Positions 9,469 through 19,704 of a stretch of 64,000 nucleotides of DNA are shown piece after piece. Location: NCBI GenBank assembly GCA_965541615.1, contig CBEUCJ010000001.1:259754-323753 (forward strand). Reading direction: 5' to 3'. The notes under the pieces are model-generated. The model made no database searches. It was not told the DNA's origin and worked only from the letters and a program-made list of their open reading frames with translations. This DNA is from an uncultured bacterium (lineage in GTDB: Bacteria > Omnitrophota > Gorgyraeia > Duberdicusellales > CBEUCJ01). Both the position numbers and the translations under genes were made by a program. Every line of letters starts with the position of its first letter. Positions within the stretch are counted from its first letter, which is position 1.

Positions 9469-10422
9469 ATGAAAAAATTATTAATATTAATAGTTATAGG
9501 AGGAGTAAGTTTTTTTTCTTTTGCCAAAGAAAAGTTTTCAAAAGCATTAACTAATTATATGATGGGGTTACTTTGTGAGAAACAAAATTCTTTAAATGAG
9601 GCAGAGGTGTATTTTAAAAAAGCCAAAAAATTAGATCCAGATTCAGAATCTGTGTGTTTGAATTTAGCTAAGGTGTACTTATTGAAAGGAGAGTTTAAAA
9701 AGGCTGAGAAAGAATTAAAGTTAATCAAAAAGAAATTTCCTTCTAATTTAGAAGCAAAGTTTCTGTTAGTCTTACTTTACATTAAACAGAATAAAAAAGA
9801 AGCTGCAGAATCAGAATATGAAGAATTATTAGAAAATATCCATCATTTAAGACCTGAAGAAGTAGAGATCTGTTTGAGTTTAGCTAATGTTTATTTAGAT
9901 AAAAAAAATTATAAAGAAGCTGAAAATGTTTTAAAAGAAACTTTAAAGAAGAATCCTGATAATGAAGATTTGCTTTATTTTTTAGGTTATGTTTACTATG
10001 AAGAAGGCAAAGTAAACAAAGCTATAGCTATTTGGAAAAAAGTATTAAAAATAAATCCTAACCATTCTGATTCTTTAAATTCTTTAGGGTATACTTATGC
10101 AGAACAAGGTATAAATTTAAAAGAGGCTTTAGTGCTCATTAAAAAGGCTTTGAAACTTTCTCCTAAGAATGGAGCTTACTTAGATAGTTTGGGATGGGTT
10201 TATTTTAAAAAGAAGGAATATCAAAAGGCTTTGAAATATTTAAAAAAAGCTATTAAGTATTTAGAGGATCCTGTAATATATGAACATTTAGGAGATGTTT
10301 ATTTTGAGTTAAAAGATTATAAAAAAGCTGAATTTTTTTGGAAAAAATCTTTAGAGTTAAAGGAGACTGAGATAGTTAAAGAAAAGATTAAAAAAATAAA
10401 ATGTATCTTAAAGAAGAGATAG
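9469..10422 (+). CDS. TPR-repeat protein with N-terminal signal peptide
   Basis: MKKLLILIVIGGVSFFSFA signal; repeated 34-aa A/Y/L-patterned TPR units. Confidence 0.7.
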   Translation: MKKLLILIVIGGVSFFSFAKEKFSKALTNYMMGLLCEKQNSLNEAEVYFKKAKKLDPDSESVCLNLAKVYLLKGEFKKAEKELKLIKKKFPSNLEAKFLLVLLYIKQNKKEAAESEYEELLENIHHLRPEEVEICLSLANVYLDKKNYKEAENVLKETLKKNPDNEDLLYFLGYVYYEEGKVNKAIAIWKKVLKINPNHSDSLNSLGYTYAEQGINLKEALVLIKKALKLSPKNGAYLDSLGWVYFKKKEYQKALKYLKKAIKYLEDPVIYEHLGDVYFELKDYKKAEFFWKKSLELKETEIVKEKIKKIKCILKKR

Positions 10423-11225
10423 AAGAATTAAAAGAAAAAGCACGTCAAATTAGAGTTTTGATTATAAAGATGCTCGCTAAAGCCAAATCTGGACACCCTG
10501 GAGGTTCTTTATCTATTGCAGATATTATGGCATGTTTGTATTTCAAAATTTTAAGACACGATCCTAAAAGACCTGATTGGGAAGAAAGAGATAGAGTCCA
10601 TGTTTCAAAAGGACACTGTTGTCCTGCATGGTATGCAGCATTAGCTTTAAGTGGATACTTTCCTATAGAAGAACTCTGGAGTTTAAGAAGATTAGGTTCA
10701 ATTTTACAAGGACACCCTGATAGGCGCACTCCTGGAGTAGAGGTTGCTTCAGGTTCTTTGGGGCAAGGATTATCAGTAGGATTAGGAATGGCTTTAGGAG
10801 TAAGGTTAGATAAAAAAGATTGTAAGGTCTATGTGATATTAGGAGATGGAGAAATTCAAGAAGGAAACATATGGGAAGCTGCTATGGCAGCAGCTCACTA
10901 TAAAGTAGACAATTTATATGCTATTTTAGATTACAATAGATTCCAAATAGATGGAAAGGTAGAAGAAGTAATGAACATAGAGCCTATAGTAGACAAATGG
11001 AAAGCATTTGGCTGGAATGTAACTGAATGTGATGGACATAATATAGAAGACATTTTAAGAGCTTTTTCACAAGCAAGTTCTACGAAAGGAAAACCTACTT
11101 GTATTATCGCTCATACTATAAAAGGGAAAGGGGTCTCTTTTATGGAGAATGTAGTAGATTTCCATGGGAGAGCCCCTACAGAAGAAGAAGCCGAACGTGC
11201 TTTAAAAGAATTAGGAGATTTATAA
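10401..11225 (+). CDS. Transketolase, N-terminal (TPP-binding) subunit of a split enzyme
   Basis: GHPGGSLS ... GDGE...EG TPP-binding motifs; followed 1 nt later by the C-terminal subunit. Confidence 0.85.
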   Translation: MYLKEEIEELKEKARQIRVLIIKMLAKAKSGHPGGSLSIADIMACLYFKILRHDPKRPDWEERDRVHVSKGHCCPAWYAALALSGYFPIEELWSLRRLGSILQGHPDRRTPGVEVASGSLGQGLSVGLGMALGVRLDKKDCKVYVILGDGEIQEGNIWEAAMAAAHYKVDNLYAILDYNRFQIDGKVEEVMNIEPIVDKWKAFGWNVTECDGHNIEDILRAFSQASSTKGKPTCIIAHTIKGKGVSFMENVVDFHGRAPTEEEAERALKELGDL

Positions 11226-11226
11226 A

Positions 11227-12162
11227 ATGTCTGAATTAATTTATGCAAGAGATGTTTATGGTAAAACTTTGGTAGAGTTAGGCAAAAAAGATAAAAGAAT
11301 AGTAGTCTTAGATGCAGATTTATCTCAATCTACACGGACCCAATACTTTGCTAAAGAATTTCCAGAAAGATTTTTTAATGTAGGAGTAGCTGAACAAAAT
11401 TTGATGGGAATAGCTGCAGGGTTAGCTTCTTGTGGAAAGATAGTTTTTGCTTCGACTTTTGCTATGTTTGCTACTTGTAGGGCTTTTGATCAAATAAGAA
11501 ATACAATTTGTTATAACGGTTTTAATGTTAAAATTGTAGCTTCTCATGGAGGGATAACTGTAGGACCAGATGGAGCTTCTCACCAGGCTATAGAAGATAT
11601 AGCTTTGATGAGATCTATTCCTGGAATGAATATTATTGTGCCATGTGATGGTCCTGAAACTGAGAAAGCAATAATAGCTGCTTATCAGAATATAGGTCCT
11701 TTTTACATTAGATTAGGCAGACCTAAGGTTCCTACCGTTGAAGGAAAAAAAGAGTTTGTATTTGGAAAGGGCTATATTTTAAAAGAAGGAAAAGATGTAA
11801 CATTAATATCGACAGGCTTTATGGTATACCAAGCTTTAAAAGCATCTGAGATTTTAAAAAATAAAGGAATCTCTGCAAAAGTAGTTAACATTCATACTAT
11901 AAAGCCTATAGATAAAGATTTAATCTTAGAATGTGCTCAAACTACTAAAGGAATAGTTACCTGTGAAGAGCATTCAGTAATTGGAGGTTTGGGATCAGCT
12001 GTATGTGAGGTTTTATCAGAAGCCAAAGTCTTTGTTCCTTTAAAAAGGATAGGCGTTCAAGATAGGTTTGGTCAATCTGGTTCTCCAGAAGAGCTTTTAA
12101 AAGAGTATAAATTAACACCTTCAGATATAGCTGAAGCTGCAATTTCACTCCTTAAAAGATGA
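11227..12162 (+). CDS. Transketolase, C-terminal (pyrimidine-binding) subunit
   Basis: FNVGVAEQNLMGIAAGLA ... GPDGASHQAIEDIALMR. Confidence 0.85.
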   Translation: MSELIYARDVYGKTLVELGKKDKRIVVLDADLSQSTRTQYFAKEFPERFFNVGVAEQNLMGIAAGLASCGKIVFASTFAMFATCRAFDQIRNTICYNGFNVKIVASHGGITVGPDGASHQAIEDIALMRSIPGMNIIVPCDGPETEKAIIAAYQNIGPFYIRLGRPKVPTVEGKKEFVFGKGYILKEGKDVTLISTGFMVYQALKASEILKNKGISAKVVNIHTIKPIDKDLILECAQTTKGIVTCEEHSVIGGLGSAVCEVLSEAKVFVPLKRIGVQDRFGQSGSPEELLKEYKLTPSDIAEAAISLLKR

Positions 12163-12169
12163 GTTTTAA

Positions 12170-13015
12170 ATGTTTTTTAAGATTTTTTCTCCAGCCAAAC
12201 TCAATCTTTATTTAAATGTTATAGGTAAGTACCCTGATTCATACCACAAAATTGAATCGGTCTTTTGCAGAATAGATTTTTCAGATACCATTTATATAAA
12301 AGAAATAAAAAAAGGTTTAAAAGTAAAGACACTTAACTATAGGATTTCACAAAAAAATAACTTGGTATTCAAAATCTGTAAGGCTTTAAAAGAAAGATTT
12401 AAAATAAAAAAAGGTTTAGAGATCGTAATCGATAAGAAAATTCCTTTAAAATCAGGTTTAGGAGGAGCAGCTTCTGATGCAGCTAGTGTTCTTTTATTTT
12501 TGAATAAATTTTGGAGATTAAATTTAAAGATTCAAGAATTAGTAGATTTTTCAAAAAAATTTGGTAAAGATATTCCGTTTTTTTTATATGAAAAAAGTTA
12601 TGCTTTAGTAGAAGGGAAAGGAGAAAAGGTTACACCTTTAGAAATAAATAAAAAATATAAATTTTTATTAGCTCTTTCAAAAAAGGGTTTAAGTACTCAA
12701 AAAGTCTTCTCTCAATGTGAAAATCTATGGTTGACAAAAGATTTACCTGATATTAATATCTTTATTTATCTTTTAAAAGAAGGTATAATAAATTTACTAA
12801 AAGATTATTATTTTAACTCATTGGAAAGAATAGCTCAGACTTTAAAGCCTGATATTTTAAAAATGAAAGATTACTTTTTGAAAAAAGGTTTTGAATTTGT
12901 AGGGATGTCAGGTTCAGGACCTAGCTTATTTTGTATCATAAACTCTACTAAACAAAAGCATTTTTGTTTTAAAAGTTTTAAAGATTGGTTTTTTGTAGAA
13001 GCTCAAGTTTTTTAA
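12170..13015 (+). CDS. ispE: 4-diphosphocytidyl-2-C-methyl-D-erythritol kinase
   Basis: PAKLNLYLNV start; PLKSGLGGAASDAASVL GHMP-kinase motif; synteny with spoVG-glmU-prs. Confidence 0.8.
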   Translation: MFFKIFSPAKLNLYLNVIGKYPDSYHKIESVFCRIDFSDTIYIKEIKKGLKVKTLNYRISQKNNLVFKICKALKERFKIKKGLEIVIDKKIPLKSGLGGAASDAASVLLFLNKFWRLNLKIQELVDFSKKFGKDIPFFLYEKSYALVEGKGEKVTPLEINKKYKFLLALSKKGLSTQKVFSQCENLWLTKDLPDINIFIYLLKEGIINLLKDYYFNSLERIAQTLKPDILKMKDYFLKKGFEFVGMSGSGPSLFCIINSTKQKHFCFKSFKDWFFVEAQVF

Positions 13016-13030
13016 AAGGGGGGATTACTT

Positions 13031-13492
13031 ATGGAGGTTACAGAGGTAAGGATTCAACTTAGGGAATCACCAAACAAAAAATTGAAAGCTTATGCAACTG
13101 TTACTTTTGATAATCAATTTGTAGTCAGGTTTATTAAAGTTATTCAAGGAGCAAATGGTTTATTTATTGCTATGCCTGCTAGAAGGCAGAGAATATTTTG
13201 TCCCAAGTGTGGAAGAAAAGTAGATATTAGAGCAAGATTTTGCAACTGGTGTGGTATACAGTTGCCACCTCCTCCTAAGGATTTTTTACAGCGTCAACAG
13301 GAGCATCAAGATATAGCTCATCCTATTAATCAGAATTTTAGAGATTATCTACAAAAGAAAGTTTTAGAAGCTTATGAAGAGGAGATAAAAAAGGTTGAAG
13401 GAAAAAAGAAAGAAGAAAGAAAGGATACTACTCAAAATATTCAGGAGAACGCATTAAATTCAGAGTTGGACCTTCCAAACTTAGATATATAA
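13031..13492 (+). CDS. spoVG: SpoVG-family protein fused to a C-terminal C4 zinc ribbon and a low-complexity tail
   Basis: MEVTEVRIQL...AYATVTFDNQFVVRFIKVIQGANGLFIAMP is a classic SpoVG core; then CPKCGRKVDIRARFCNWCG; the ispE-spoVG-glmU-prs-ctc-pth order is conserved. Confidence 0.8.
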   Translation: MEVTEVRIQLRESPNKKLKAYATVTFDNQFVVRFIKVIQGANGLFIAMPARRQRIFCPKCGRKVDIRARFCNWCGIQLPPPPKDFLQRQQEHQDIAHPINQNFRDYLQKKVLEAYEEEIKKVEGKKKEERKDTTQNIQENALNSELDLPNLDI

Positions 13493-13495
13493 TTT

Positions 13496-13567
13496 TGCCC
13501 GGTGGTGTAACTGGTAGCACACGGGATTTTGGGTCCCAGAGTCCTGGTTCGAATCCAGGCCGGGCAG
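13496..13567 (+). tRNA. tRNA-Gln (anticodon UUG); U1:A72 pair, discriminator G, no encoded CCA
   Basis: Cloverleaf folded by hand: acceptor TGCCCGG/CCGGGCA, anticodon loop TTTTGGG, T-arm CCTGG-TTCGAAT-CCAGG. Confidence 0.85.
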
Positions 13568-13588
13568 TTTTTTAATTTTTATAAAAAG

Positions 13589-14839
13589 ATGGAAGATTTT
13601 CAGGTTTTAATTCTGGCAGCTGGAAAAGGAAAAAGGATGAAATCAAAGTTGCCTAAAGTTTTGCATAAGATCTGTGGCAAAGAGATGATAAATATTTTAA
13701 TAGATAAAGTTAAAAAAGCAGGTTTTAAAGAAATAGTTTGTGTATTAGGTTTTAAAAATGAAGAGGTAAAAAAAGTCTTAGATAAAAATATAAAAATCGT
13801 TATTCAAAATCCACAAGAAGGCACTGCCCATGCAGTCTTACAGAGTTTACCCTTTTTAAAAAAGCAGCATATTTTAATTTTATATGGTGATCATCCTTTA
13901 ATAAAAAAAGAGACTTTAAAAAAGATAGCTCAATTTCATAAGAGGACAGATGCAGATTTGACGTTGCTGATCACAGAGTTAGAGTCACCTAATCAATATG
14001 GAAGGATAATAAGAGATTGTGAAGGTAGAATAAGAAAGATAAAAGAATTTTTAGATTTAAGAGGAAGTGAAAGAAAAATAAAAGAGACTAATCCCGGAGT
14101 AATGTGTTTTAAAAAAGAAGTTTTAGAAGATAACATAAAAAAAATAAAGAGAAACAAGAAAAAAGGTGAGTTTTATTTAACAGAAATTGTAGAAATTTTA
14201 TATTTAAAAAGAGCAAAGATAAGAGAGGTAAAATCTATTTATCCAGAAGAAGAAGGTTTAGGTGTCAATACATTTCAGGATTTAATAAGAGCTGAAAAGA
14301 TTTTAAGAAGAGAAATTCTAGAAAGTTTTTTGAAAAAAGGAGTAAAAATTTTTTCGCCAGAGTTAACTTTGATAGATCTAGACGTAAAGATAGGAAGAGA
14401 TACAGTTATTTACCCCTTTACAGTTATAGAGAGAAATGTTAAAATTGGCAAAAATTGCATAATAGGACCCTTCTCGCATATAAGAGAAGGTACCATTATA
14501 AAAGATAATACAGAAGTTGGGAATTTTGCAGAGTTAAAAAATACTTTTGTAGATTCCTTTACGAAAATAAAACACTTTTGCTATTTAGGGGATTCTCAAA
14601 TAGGCAAAAAAGTAAATATTGGAGCAGGGACTGTTACAGCTAACTTTGATGGAATAAAAAAACACAAGACTACAATAGGAGATGGAGCTTTTATAGGTTG
14701 TGATACTATACTAATAGCTCCTGTGAAAGTAGGAAAAAATGCAAAGACAGGAGCAGGCACAGTTATTCCTAAAAATAAAGATGTAGAACCAAATAGTGTA
14801 GTAATTGGGGTTCCTGCAAAAAAATTAATAAAAAAATGA
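13589..14839 (+). CDS. glmU: Bifunctional UDP-GlcNAc pyrophosphorylase / GlcN-1-P N-acetyltransferase. Start reassigned to ATG 13589; the track's 13529 start runs through tRNA-Gln.
   Basis: MEDFQVLILAAGKGKRMKS N-terminus; C-terminal left-handed beta-helix hexapeptide repeats. Confidence 0.85.
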   Translation: MEDFQVLILAAGKGKRMKSKLPKVLHKICGKEMINILIDKVKKAGFKEIVCVLGFKNEEVKKVLDKNIKIVIQNPQEGTAHAVLQSLPFLKKQHILILYGDHPLIKKETLKKIAQFHKRTDADLTLLITELESPNQYGRIIRDCEGRIRKIKEFLDLRGSERKIKETNPGVMCFKKEVLEDNIKKIKRNKKKGEFYLTEIVEILYLKRAKIREVKSIYPEEEGLGVNTFQDLIRAEKILRREILESFLKKGVKIFSPELTLIDLDVKIGRDTVIYPFTVIERNVKIGKNCIIGPFSHIREGTIIKDNTEVGNFAELKNTFVDSFTKIKHFCYLGDSQIGKKVNIGAGTVTANFDGIKKHKTTIGDGAFIGCDTILIAPVKVGKNAKTGAGTVIPKNKDVEPNSVVIGVPAKKLIKK

Positions 14840-15783
14840 ATGATCTAAAAATATTTACAGGTAATGCACATAAAGAATTAGCTAAAAAGATTTCTAAACA
14901 TTTAGGTAAAGAGATATCTAAAGCAAGTGTTTATAGATTTCCTGATGGAGAGATCGGAGTAAAAATAGAAGAGAATGTAAGGGGTAAAGATGTGTTTTTA
15001 ATTCAACCTACATGTGATCCAGTAAATGAGAATCTTATGGAATTATTAATTATGTTAGATGCTTTAAGAAGAGCTTCAGCAAAAAGGATTACAGCTGTAA
15101 TCCCTTACTTTGGATATGCAAGACAAGATAGGAAAGATCAACCTCGAGTTCCTATTACAGCCAAATTAGTAGCAAATCTAATTACAACCGCAGGTGCAAA
15201 TAGAGTCCTTACCTTAGATCTTCATGCAGGTCAACTACAAGGTTTTTTTGATATTCCTTTAGATCATCTTTATGCTATAAATGATTTCATTGAATTTATA
15301 AAAAAATTGAAATTAAGAAATATTGTGATAGTCAGTCCAGATGTAGGAGGAGTAAAGTTAGCCAGAAACTATGCTAAGATTTTAAACTGTGGATTTGCAG
15401 TTATCGATAAAAGAAGAGATTCTCCTTCTTCTACAGAGGTTATAAATATTTTAGGTGAAGTTAAGAACAAGAATGTAGTAATAGTAGATGATCTAATAGC
15501 AACAGGGAGTTCTTTGATAAAAGCTTCTGAGGCATTAAAAGAGAAAGGAGCAAAGAAAATAATAGCTTGTATTACTCATGGAGTTTTGTGTGGTAAAGCT
15601 ATAGAAAATATTAAAAATAGCTGTATAGATCTTTTGGCTATAACAGACAGTATTCCTTTACCAAAAGAAAAGCAAATAGATAAAATTAAAGTGGTCTCAA
15701 TATCTAAACTATTAGCAGAAGCTATTAAAAGAATACACAAAGAAGAATCTATCAGTATCCTTTTTAAAGGAATAAGGAGTTGA
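14836..15783 (+). CDS. prs: Ribose-phosphate pyrophosphokinase
   Basis: LKIFTGNAHKELAKKISKHLG...RFPDGEI; DLHAGQLQGFFDIP; VDDLIATGSS PRPP-binding motif. Confidence 0.9.
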   Translation: MNDLKIFTGNAHKELAKKISKHLGKEISKASVYRFPDGEIGVKIEENVRGKDVFLIQPTCDPVNENLMELLIMLDALRRASAKRITAVIPYFGYARQDRKDQPRVPITAKLVANLITTAGANRVLTLDLHAGQLQGFFDIPLDHLYAINDFIEFIKKLKLRNIVIVSPDVGGVKLARNYAKILNCGFAVIDKRRDSPSSTEVINILGEVKNKNVVIVDDLIATGSSLIKASEALKEKGAKKIIACITHGVLCGKAIENIKNSCIDLLAITDSIPLPKEKQIDKIKVVSISKLLAEAIKRIHKEESISILFKGIRS

Positions 15784-15787
15784 AACT

Positions 15788-16438
15788 ATGCAAAAGTACA
15801 GTTTAAAATGTGAAAGAAGAGAAAAGTCAGGCTCTGCTGAGTCAAGAAGGTTAAGGAGAGCAGGTTTTATCCCCTGTATACTTTATTCTAAAGATTTAAA
15901 TATCCCTATTAAAGTAAGAAGAGAAGATATTTTAAAGCTTGCTCATACCCATGGATTAGAGAATATAATCATTGAACTCAGTTTGAAAGATGAAGAAAAA
16001 AGTTATCCAGCATTAGTAAAAGAAGTCCAATATCATCCTGTTTCAGATGATATTATTCATATAGATTTTTTTAAGATCTCTATGGAAGAAAAAATAGTGA
16101 CTAAAGTTCCTATAGAATTAAAAGGAGAAGCTGTAGGAGTTAAAAAAGGAGGAGTTTTAGAATTTTTATTAAGAGAATTGGAGATAGAATGTTTAGTGAA
16201 AGATTTACCTGAGAAAATAGAAGTAGATATTTCAGATTTAGATATAGCTGATTCTATTCATGTAGGTGATCTGAAATTACCTGAAAATTTAAAAGTCTTA
16301 AATGAGGAAGAAGAAGTTATAGTAACTTGTGCAGCTCCTGAAGAGATGCCTGTAGAAGAAGAGGTTGCTCCTGAAGCAGAATCAGAACCTGAAGTAATAA
16401 AAGAGAAAAAGAAAGAAGAGGAAGAGGAGACAAAATGA
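15788..16438 (+). CDS. rplY: 50S ribosomal protein bL25 (Ctc form with acidic C-terminal tail)
   Basis: RREKSGSAESRRLRRAGFIPCILY; 216 aa with E-rich tail. Confidence 0.85.
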   Translation: MQKYSLKCERREKSGSAESRRLRRAGFIPCILYSKDLNIPIKVRREDILKLAHTHGLENIIIELSLKDEEKSYPALVKEVQYHPVSDDIIHIDFFKISMEEKIVTKVPIELKGEAVGVKKGGVLEFLLRELEIECLVKDLPEKIEVDISDLDIADSIHVGDLKLPENLKVLNEEEEVIVTCAAPEEMPVEEEVAPEAESEPEVIKEKKKEEEEETK

Positions 16439-16992
16439 AACTATTAGCAGGTTTAGGTAATTATTCAAAAAAATATGAATTTTCTAGACATAATTTAGGA
16501 TTTTTGTGTATTGATTTTATAATAAAAAATTTAAATTTGAAGTATAAGAATAGTTTCAGATTAAAAAGTAAGATAGCTTTATACAAAGATATGGTTATCT
16601 GTAAACCTAAGAGTTTTATGAATGTTACAGGTACGGTTATAAAAAAAGTAATAGATTTTTATAAAATAGAGCTATGTGATTTTTTAGTAATTTTAGATGA
16701 TTTAAATCTTGAATTTAAAAGAGTAAAGTTTAAAATAAAAGGTTCTTCAGGAGGGCATAAAGGATTAGAATCTTTAATAAAAGCATTAAAAAGTATGGAT
16801 TTTGCAAGAATAAGAATAGGTATAGGCAGACCTTCTGATTCCAGAGAATTTAAAGATTATGTTTTAAGTAATTTTACACAAAAAGAGTTAGAGGAGTTAA
16901 ATAAAGAAGTATTTCCAAAAATATTAGAAGGTGTTTTAATCTGGAGAAAAGAAGGTCTGTTAAAAGCTCAAAGTTTTATAAACAGTAATTGA
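16435..16992 (+). CDS. pth: Peptidyl-tRNA hydrolase
   Basis: MKLLAGLGN...RHNLGF; GGHKGL; 4 nt overlap with rplY. Confidence 0.85.
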   Translation: MKLLAGLGNYSKKYEFSRHNLGFLCIDFIIKNLNLKYKNSFRLKSKIALYKDMVICKPKSFMNVTGTVIKKVIDFYKIELCDFLVILDDLNLEFKRVKFKIKGSSGGHKGLESLIKALKSMDFARIRIGIGRPSDSREFKDYVLSNFTQKELEELNKEVFPKILEGVLIWRKEGLLKAQSFINSN

Positions 16993-16993
16993 G

Positions 16994-17305
16994 ATGCGTA
17001 AATACGAAGCAATGTTCATTTTAAGACCTGATCTCTCAAAGGAAAAATTTTCAGAACTTACAAAAAAGATCCATGATTTAATAACAAAGCATGAAGGAAA
17101 AGTAATCTCTTCTCAGGTTTGGTCTGAAAATAGGAAACTTGTATATCCTATTAGAAGCAGAGGAGCAACCAAGCAAAAGTTTGACCATGGGACTTATTAT
17201 CTTATGTACTTTATGCTCTCTCCACAAAAACTATCTGATTTAAAGTTTGATTTGAATTTAACTGAAGAGATATTGAGATGGTTAATAATTAGAAGAAGTG
17301 AATAA
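16994..17305 (+). CDS. rpsF: 30S ribosomal protein bS6
   Basis: MRKYEAMFILRPDL. Confidence 0.9.
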   Translation: MRKYEAMFILRPDLSKEKFSELTKKIHDLITKHEGKVISSQVWSENRKLVYPIRSRGATKQKFDHGTYYLMYFMLSPQKLSDLKFDLNLTEEILRWLIIRRSE

Positions 17306-17669
17306 AGTATTTTTGACAGGAAATTTAACCAAAGATCCTGATTTAAGATATACTCCTCAAGGGATAGCAGTCACTACTTTGAGGATAGCTGTGAATTCTG
17401 GTTCAGACAAAAAAGAGACACTTTTTATAAATATCATATGCTGGGATAAGTTAGCTGAACTCTGTAATCAATATTTAGAAAAAGGAAGAAAGATCTTAGT
17501 CGAAGGAAAACTCCAACACAGAATTTGGCAAGACCAAGAAGGTAAAAAAAGAGAAGTCTTTGAGATAAGAGCAGATAGAATTGAATTTCTAGATAAAAGT
17601 CCCTATAAGAGTGAGGAGATAGACTTAGGTCCTTTATCAGAAGATTCTGATGAGATAGAAGGAGGTTAA
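17298..17669 (+). CDS. ssb: Single-stranded DNA-binding protein
   Basis: MNKVFLTGNLTKDPDLRYTPQG OB fold start; acidic C-terminal tail. Confidence 0.9.
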   Translation: MNKVFLTGNLTKDPDLRYTPQGIAVTTLRIAVNSGSDKKETLFINIICWDKLAELCNQYLEKGRKILVEGKLQHRIWQDQEGKKREVFEIRADRIEFLDKSPYKSEEIDLGPLSEDSDEIEGG

Positions 17670-17672
17670 TCT

Positions 17673-17912
17673 ATGAGTAAGAAAAAGAAGAAAAAATCAG
17701 GTTCTAAAGTTAAAAAAGTATGTAGATTCTGTATAGAGAAAAAGGAAGATATTGATTACAAAGAGGTAGAGCTCTTATCAAGATTTTTGAGTGATAAAGG
17801 TAAGATTCTTTCTAGAAGAGCAAGTGGAAATTGTGCTAAACATCAAAGGAAGTTAGCTTTAGCTATAAAAAGAGCAAGATTTTTGAGCCTTTTACCTTAC
17901 GTTAAAGTATGA
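17673..17912 (+). CDS. rpsR: 30S ribosomal protein bS18
   Basis: CRFC...[35 protein letters not shown]. Confidence 0.9.
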   Translation: MSKKKKKKSGSKVKKVCRFCIEKKEDIDYKEVELLSRFLSDKGKILSRRASGNCAKHQRKLALAIKRARFLSLLPYVKV

Positions 17913-18361
17913 AATTAAAAAAGATAATTCTTTTAAAAGATATTGAGAGATTAGGTAGAAAAGGACAAGTAATAGATGTAAAGAGAGGGTATGCGGTAAA
18001 TTTTTTAATTCCAAAAAAGTTAGCTGTAGAATTCTCTCCTCAAAATTTAAAGAAGATAGAAGAAGAAGAAAAAAGAAAGAAAAAGAAAGAAGAAAGATTA
18101 TTAAAAGAAGCTCAAGATTTGGCTAAAAAAATAGAGACAATCTCACTTACTATATGTGCAAAAACAAAAGACGATGAAAATCTTTATGGAAGTATAACAG
18201 AACTTCAAATTTTAGAGAGTTTAAAATCTGAAGGAATAGAATTAAAAAAAGAAAATATAATTTTAGAAGAGCCTATAAGAAAGATAGGTGTTTATGATGT
18301 TAAAGTAAAACTTCATCCAGAAGTTCAGACTACTATAAAAGTTTGGGTAGTTAAAAAATGA
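17909..18361 (+). CDS. rplI: 50S ribosomal protein bL9
   Basis: [39 protein letters not shown]. Confidence 0.9.
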   Translation: MKLKKIILLKDIERLGRKGQVIDVKRGYAVNFLIPKKLAVEFSPQNLKKIEEEEKRKKKKEERLLKEAQDLAKKIETISLTICAKTKDDENLYGSITELQILESLKSEGIELKKENIILEEPIRKIGVYDVKVKLHPEVQTTIKVWVVKK

Positions 18362-19704
18362 CAGAAGTTCAGAATGCACGATCTCTTGAAAAGATACCTC
18401 CTCAAAGTATAGAAGCTGAGCAAGCTGTATTAGGTTCTATGCTTATAGATGAAACTTGTATCCCTGAAGTTTTAGAGGTTATAGATGCAGATTGTTTCTA
18501 TAAAGAAGAACATAGAAAAATATTCAAAATTGTTTTAGATCTTTTTAATCAAAGACGTTCAATAGACTTACTTACACTAACAGAAGAATTAAAAAAAGTA
18601 GGTTTATTAGAAGAAGTAGGAGGTTTACCTTACTTGACTTTTCTTTCAGAAGTAGTTCCAACTTCAGCAAATGCAAAGTATTATGCAAGGATAGTAAAAG
18701 AAAAGTATATCTTGAGATCACTCATTCAAACAGCTACCAAAATTGTGCAGAGATGTTATGAGTATAATCAAGATATAGATGAACTCTTAGATAAAGTAGA
18801 AAAGATGATTTTTGATATCTGTGAAAAGAGAATAGAAAGTACCTCTTCTCATATAAAAGAAATAGTTAAAGAGAACATTGAGTTGATAGATAAACTTTAT
18901 CAGAGAAAATCACATGTTACAGGGATTCCTACTGGTTTTATAGATTTTGATATTAAAACAGCAGGTCTCCAACCAGGAGATTTTATAGTGGTAGCAGGCA
19001 GACCTTCTATGGGTAAAAGTTCATTTGTGTTAAACATAGCTGAATATGTGAGTTGTGAAGAAAATCAACCAGTAGTTATATTCAGTTTAGAGATGTCTAA
19101 ACACCAACTCGTTCAAAGATTGTTATGTAGTTTAGCAGGAGTAGATGCTCATAAATTAAGAACAGGGAATTTGAATCCTCAAGATTGGCCTCGTCTTACA
19201 CAAGCAGCTTCTAAGTTAAGTGAAGCTCCTCTTTATGTAGATGATACCCCTACCCTTAACATATTCGAACTCAGAGCTAAAGCGAGGAGATTAAAAGCTA
19301 ACTATGATATAAAGTTAATAATTGTAGATTATTTGCAATTAATAAAAAGTGCTCAGAGAACAGAAAGTAGACAACAAGAGATCTCTGAGATCTCAAGAGG
19401 TTTAAAAGCTTTAGCTAAAGAGTTAAATACTCCAGTAATAGCTGTAAGTCAGTTATCTAGACAAGTAGAACAACGTCAAGGTCATAAACCTCAATTATCA
19501 GATCTAAGAGAGTCAGGAGCTATAGAGCAAGATGCAGATTTAGTAGCTTTATTGTTTAGAGAAGAGTATTATAATCCTACCCCTGAAAATAAAGGAATAG
19601 CAGAAGTAATAATTGCCAAACAAAGAAATGGTCCTACAGGTTCAGTTTTTTTAGGATTTATAAAAGAATATATGAAATTCATAAATTTGGCTAAAGTTGA
19701 GTAA
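18358..19704 (+). CDS. dnaB: Replicative DNA helicase
   Basis: IPPQSIEAEQAVLGSMLID; GRPSMGKSSF Walker A; full RecA-like helicase domain. Confidence 0.9.
   Translation: MTEVQNARSLEKIPPQSIEAEQAVLGSMLIDETCIPEVLEVIDADCFYKEEHRKIFKIVLDLFNQRRSIDLLTLTEELKKVGLLEEVGGLPYLTFLSEVVPTSANAKYYARIVKEKYILRSLIQTATKIVQRCYEYNQDIDELLDKVEKMIFDICEKRIESTSSHIKEIVKENIELIDKLYQRKSHVTGIPTGFIDFDIKTAGLQPGDFIVVAGRPSMGKSSFVLNIAEYVSCEENQPVVIFSLEMSKHQLVQRLLCSLAGVDAHKLRTGNLNPQDWPRLTQAASKLSEAPLYVDDTPTLNIFELRAKARRLKANYDIKLIIVDYLQLIKSAQRTESRQQEISEISRGLKALAKELNTPVIAVSQLSRQVEQRQGHKPQLSDLRESGAIEQDADLVALLFREEYYNPTPENKGIAEVIIAKQRNGPTGSVFLGFIKEYMKFINLAKVE

Noticed and set aside
13529-13588. ORF-track start for glmU at 13529 (MGPRVLVRIQ...)
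   Set aside because: This N-terminal extension is the translated 3' half of tRNA-Gln. The conserved GlmU N-terminus begins at ATG 13589.
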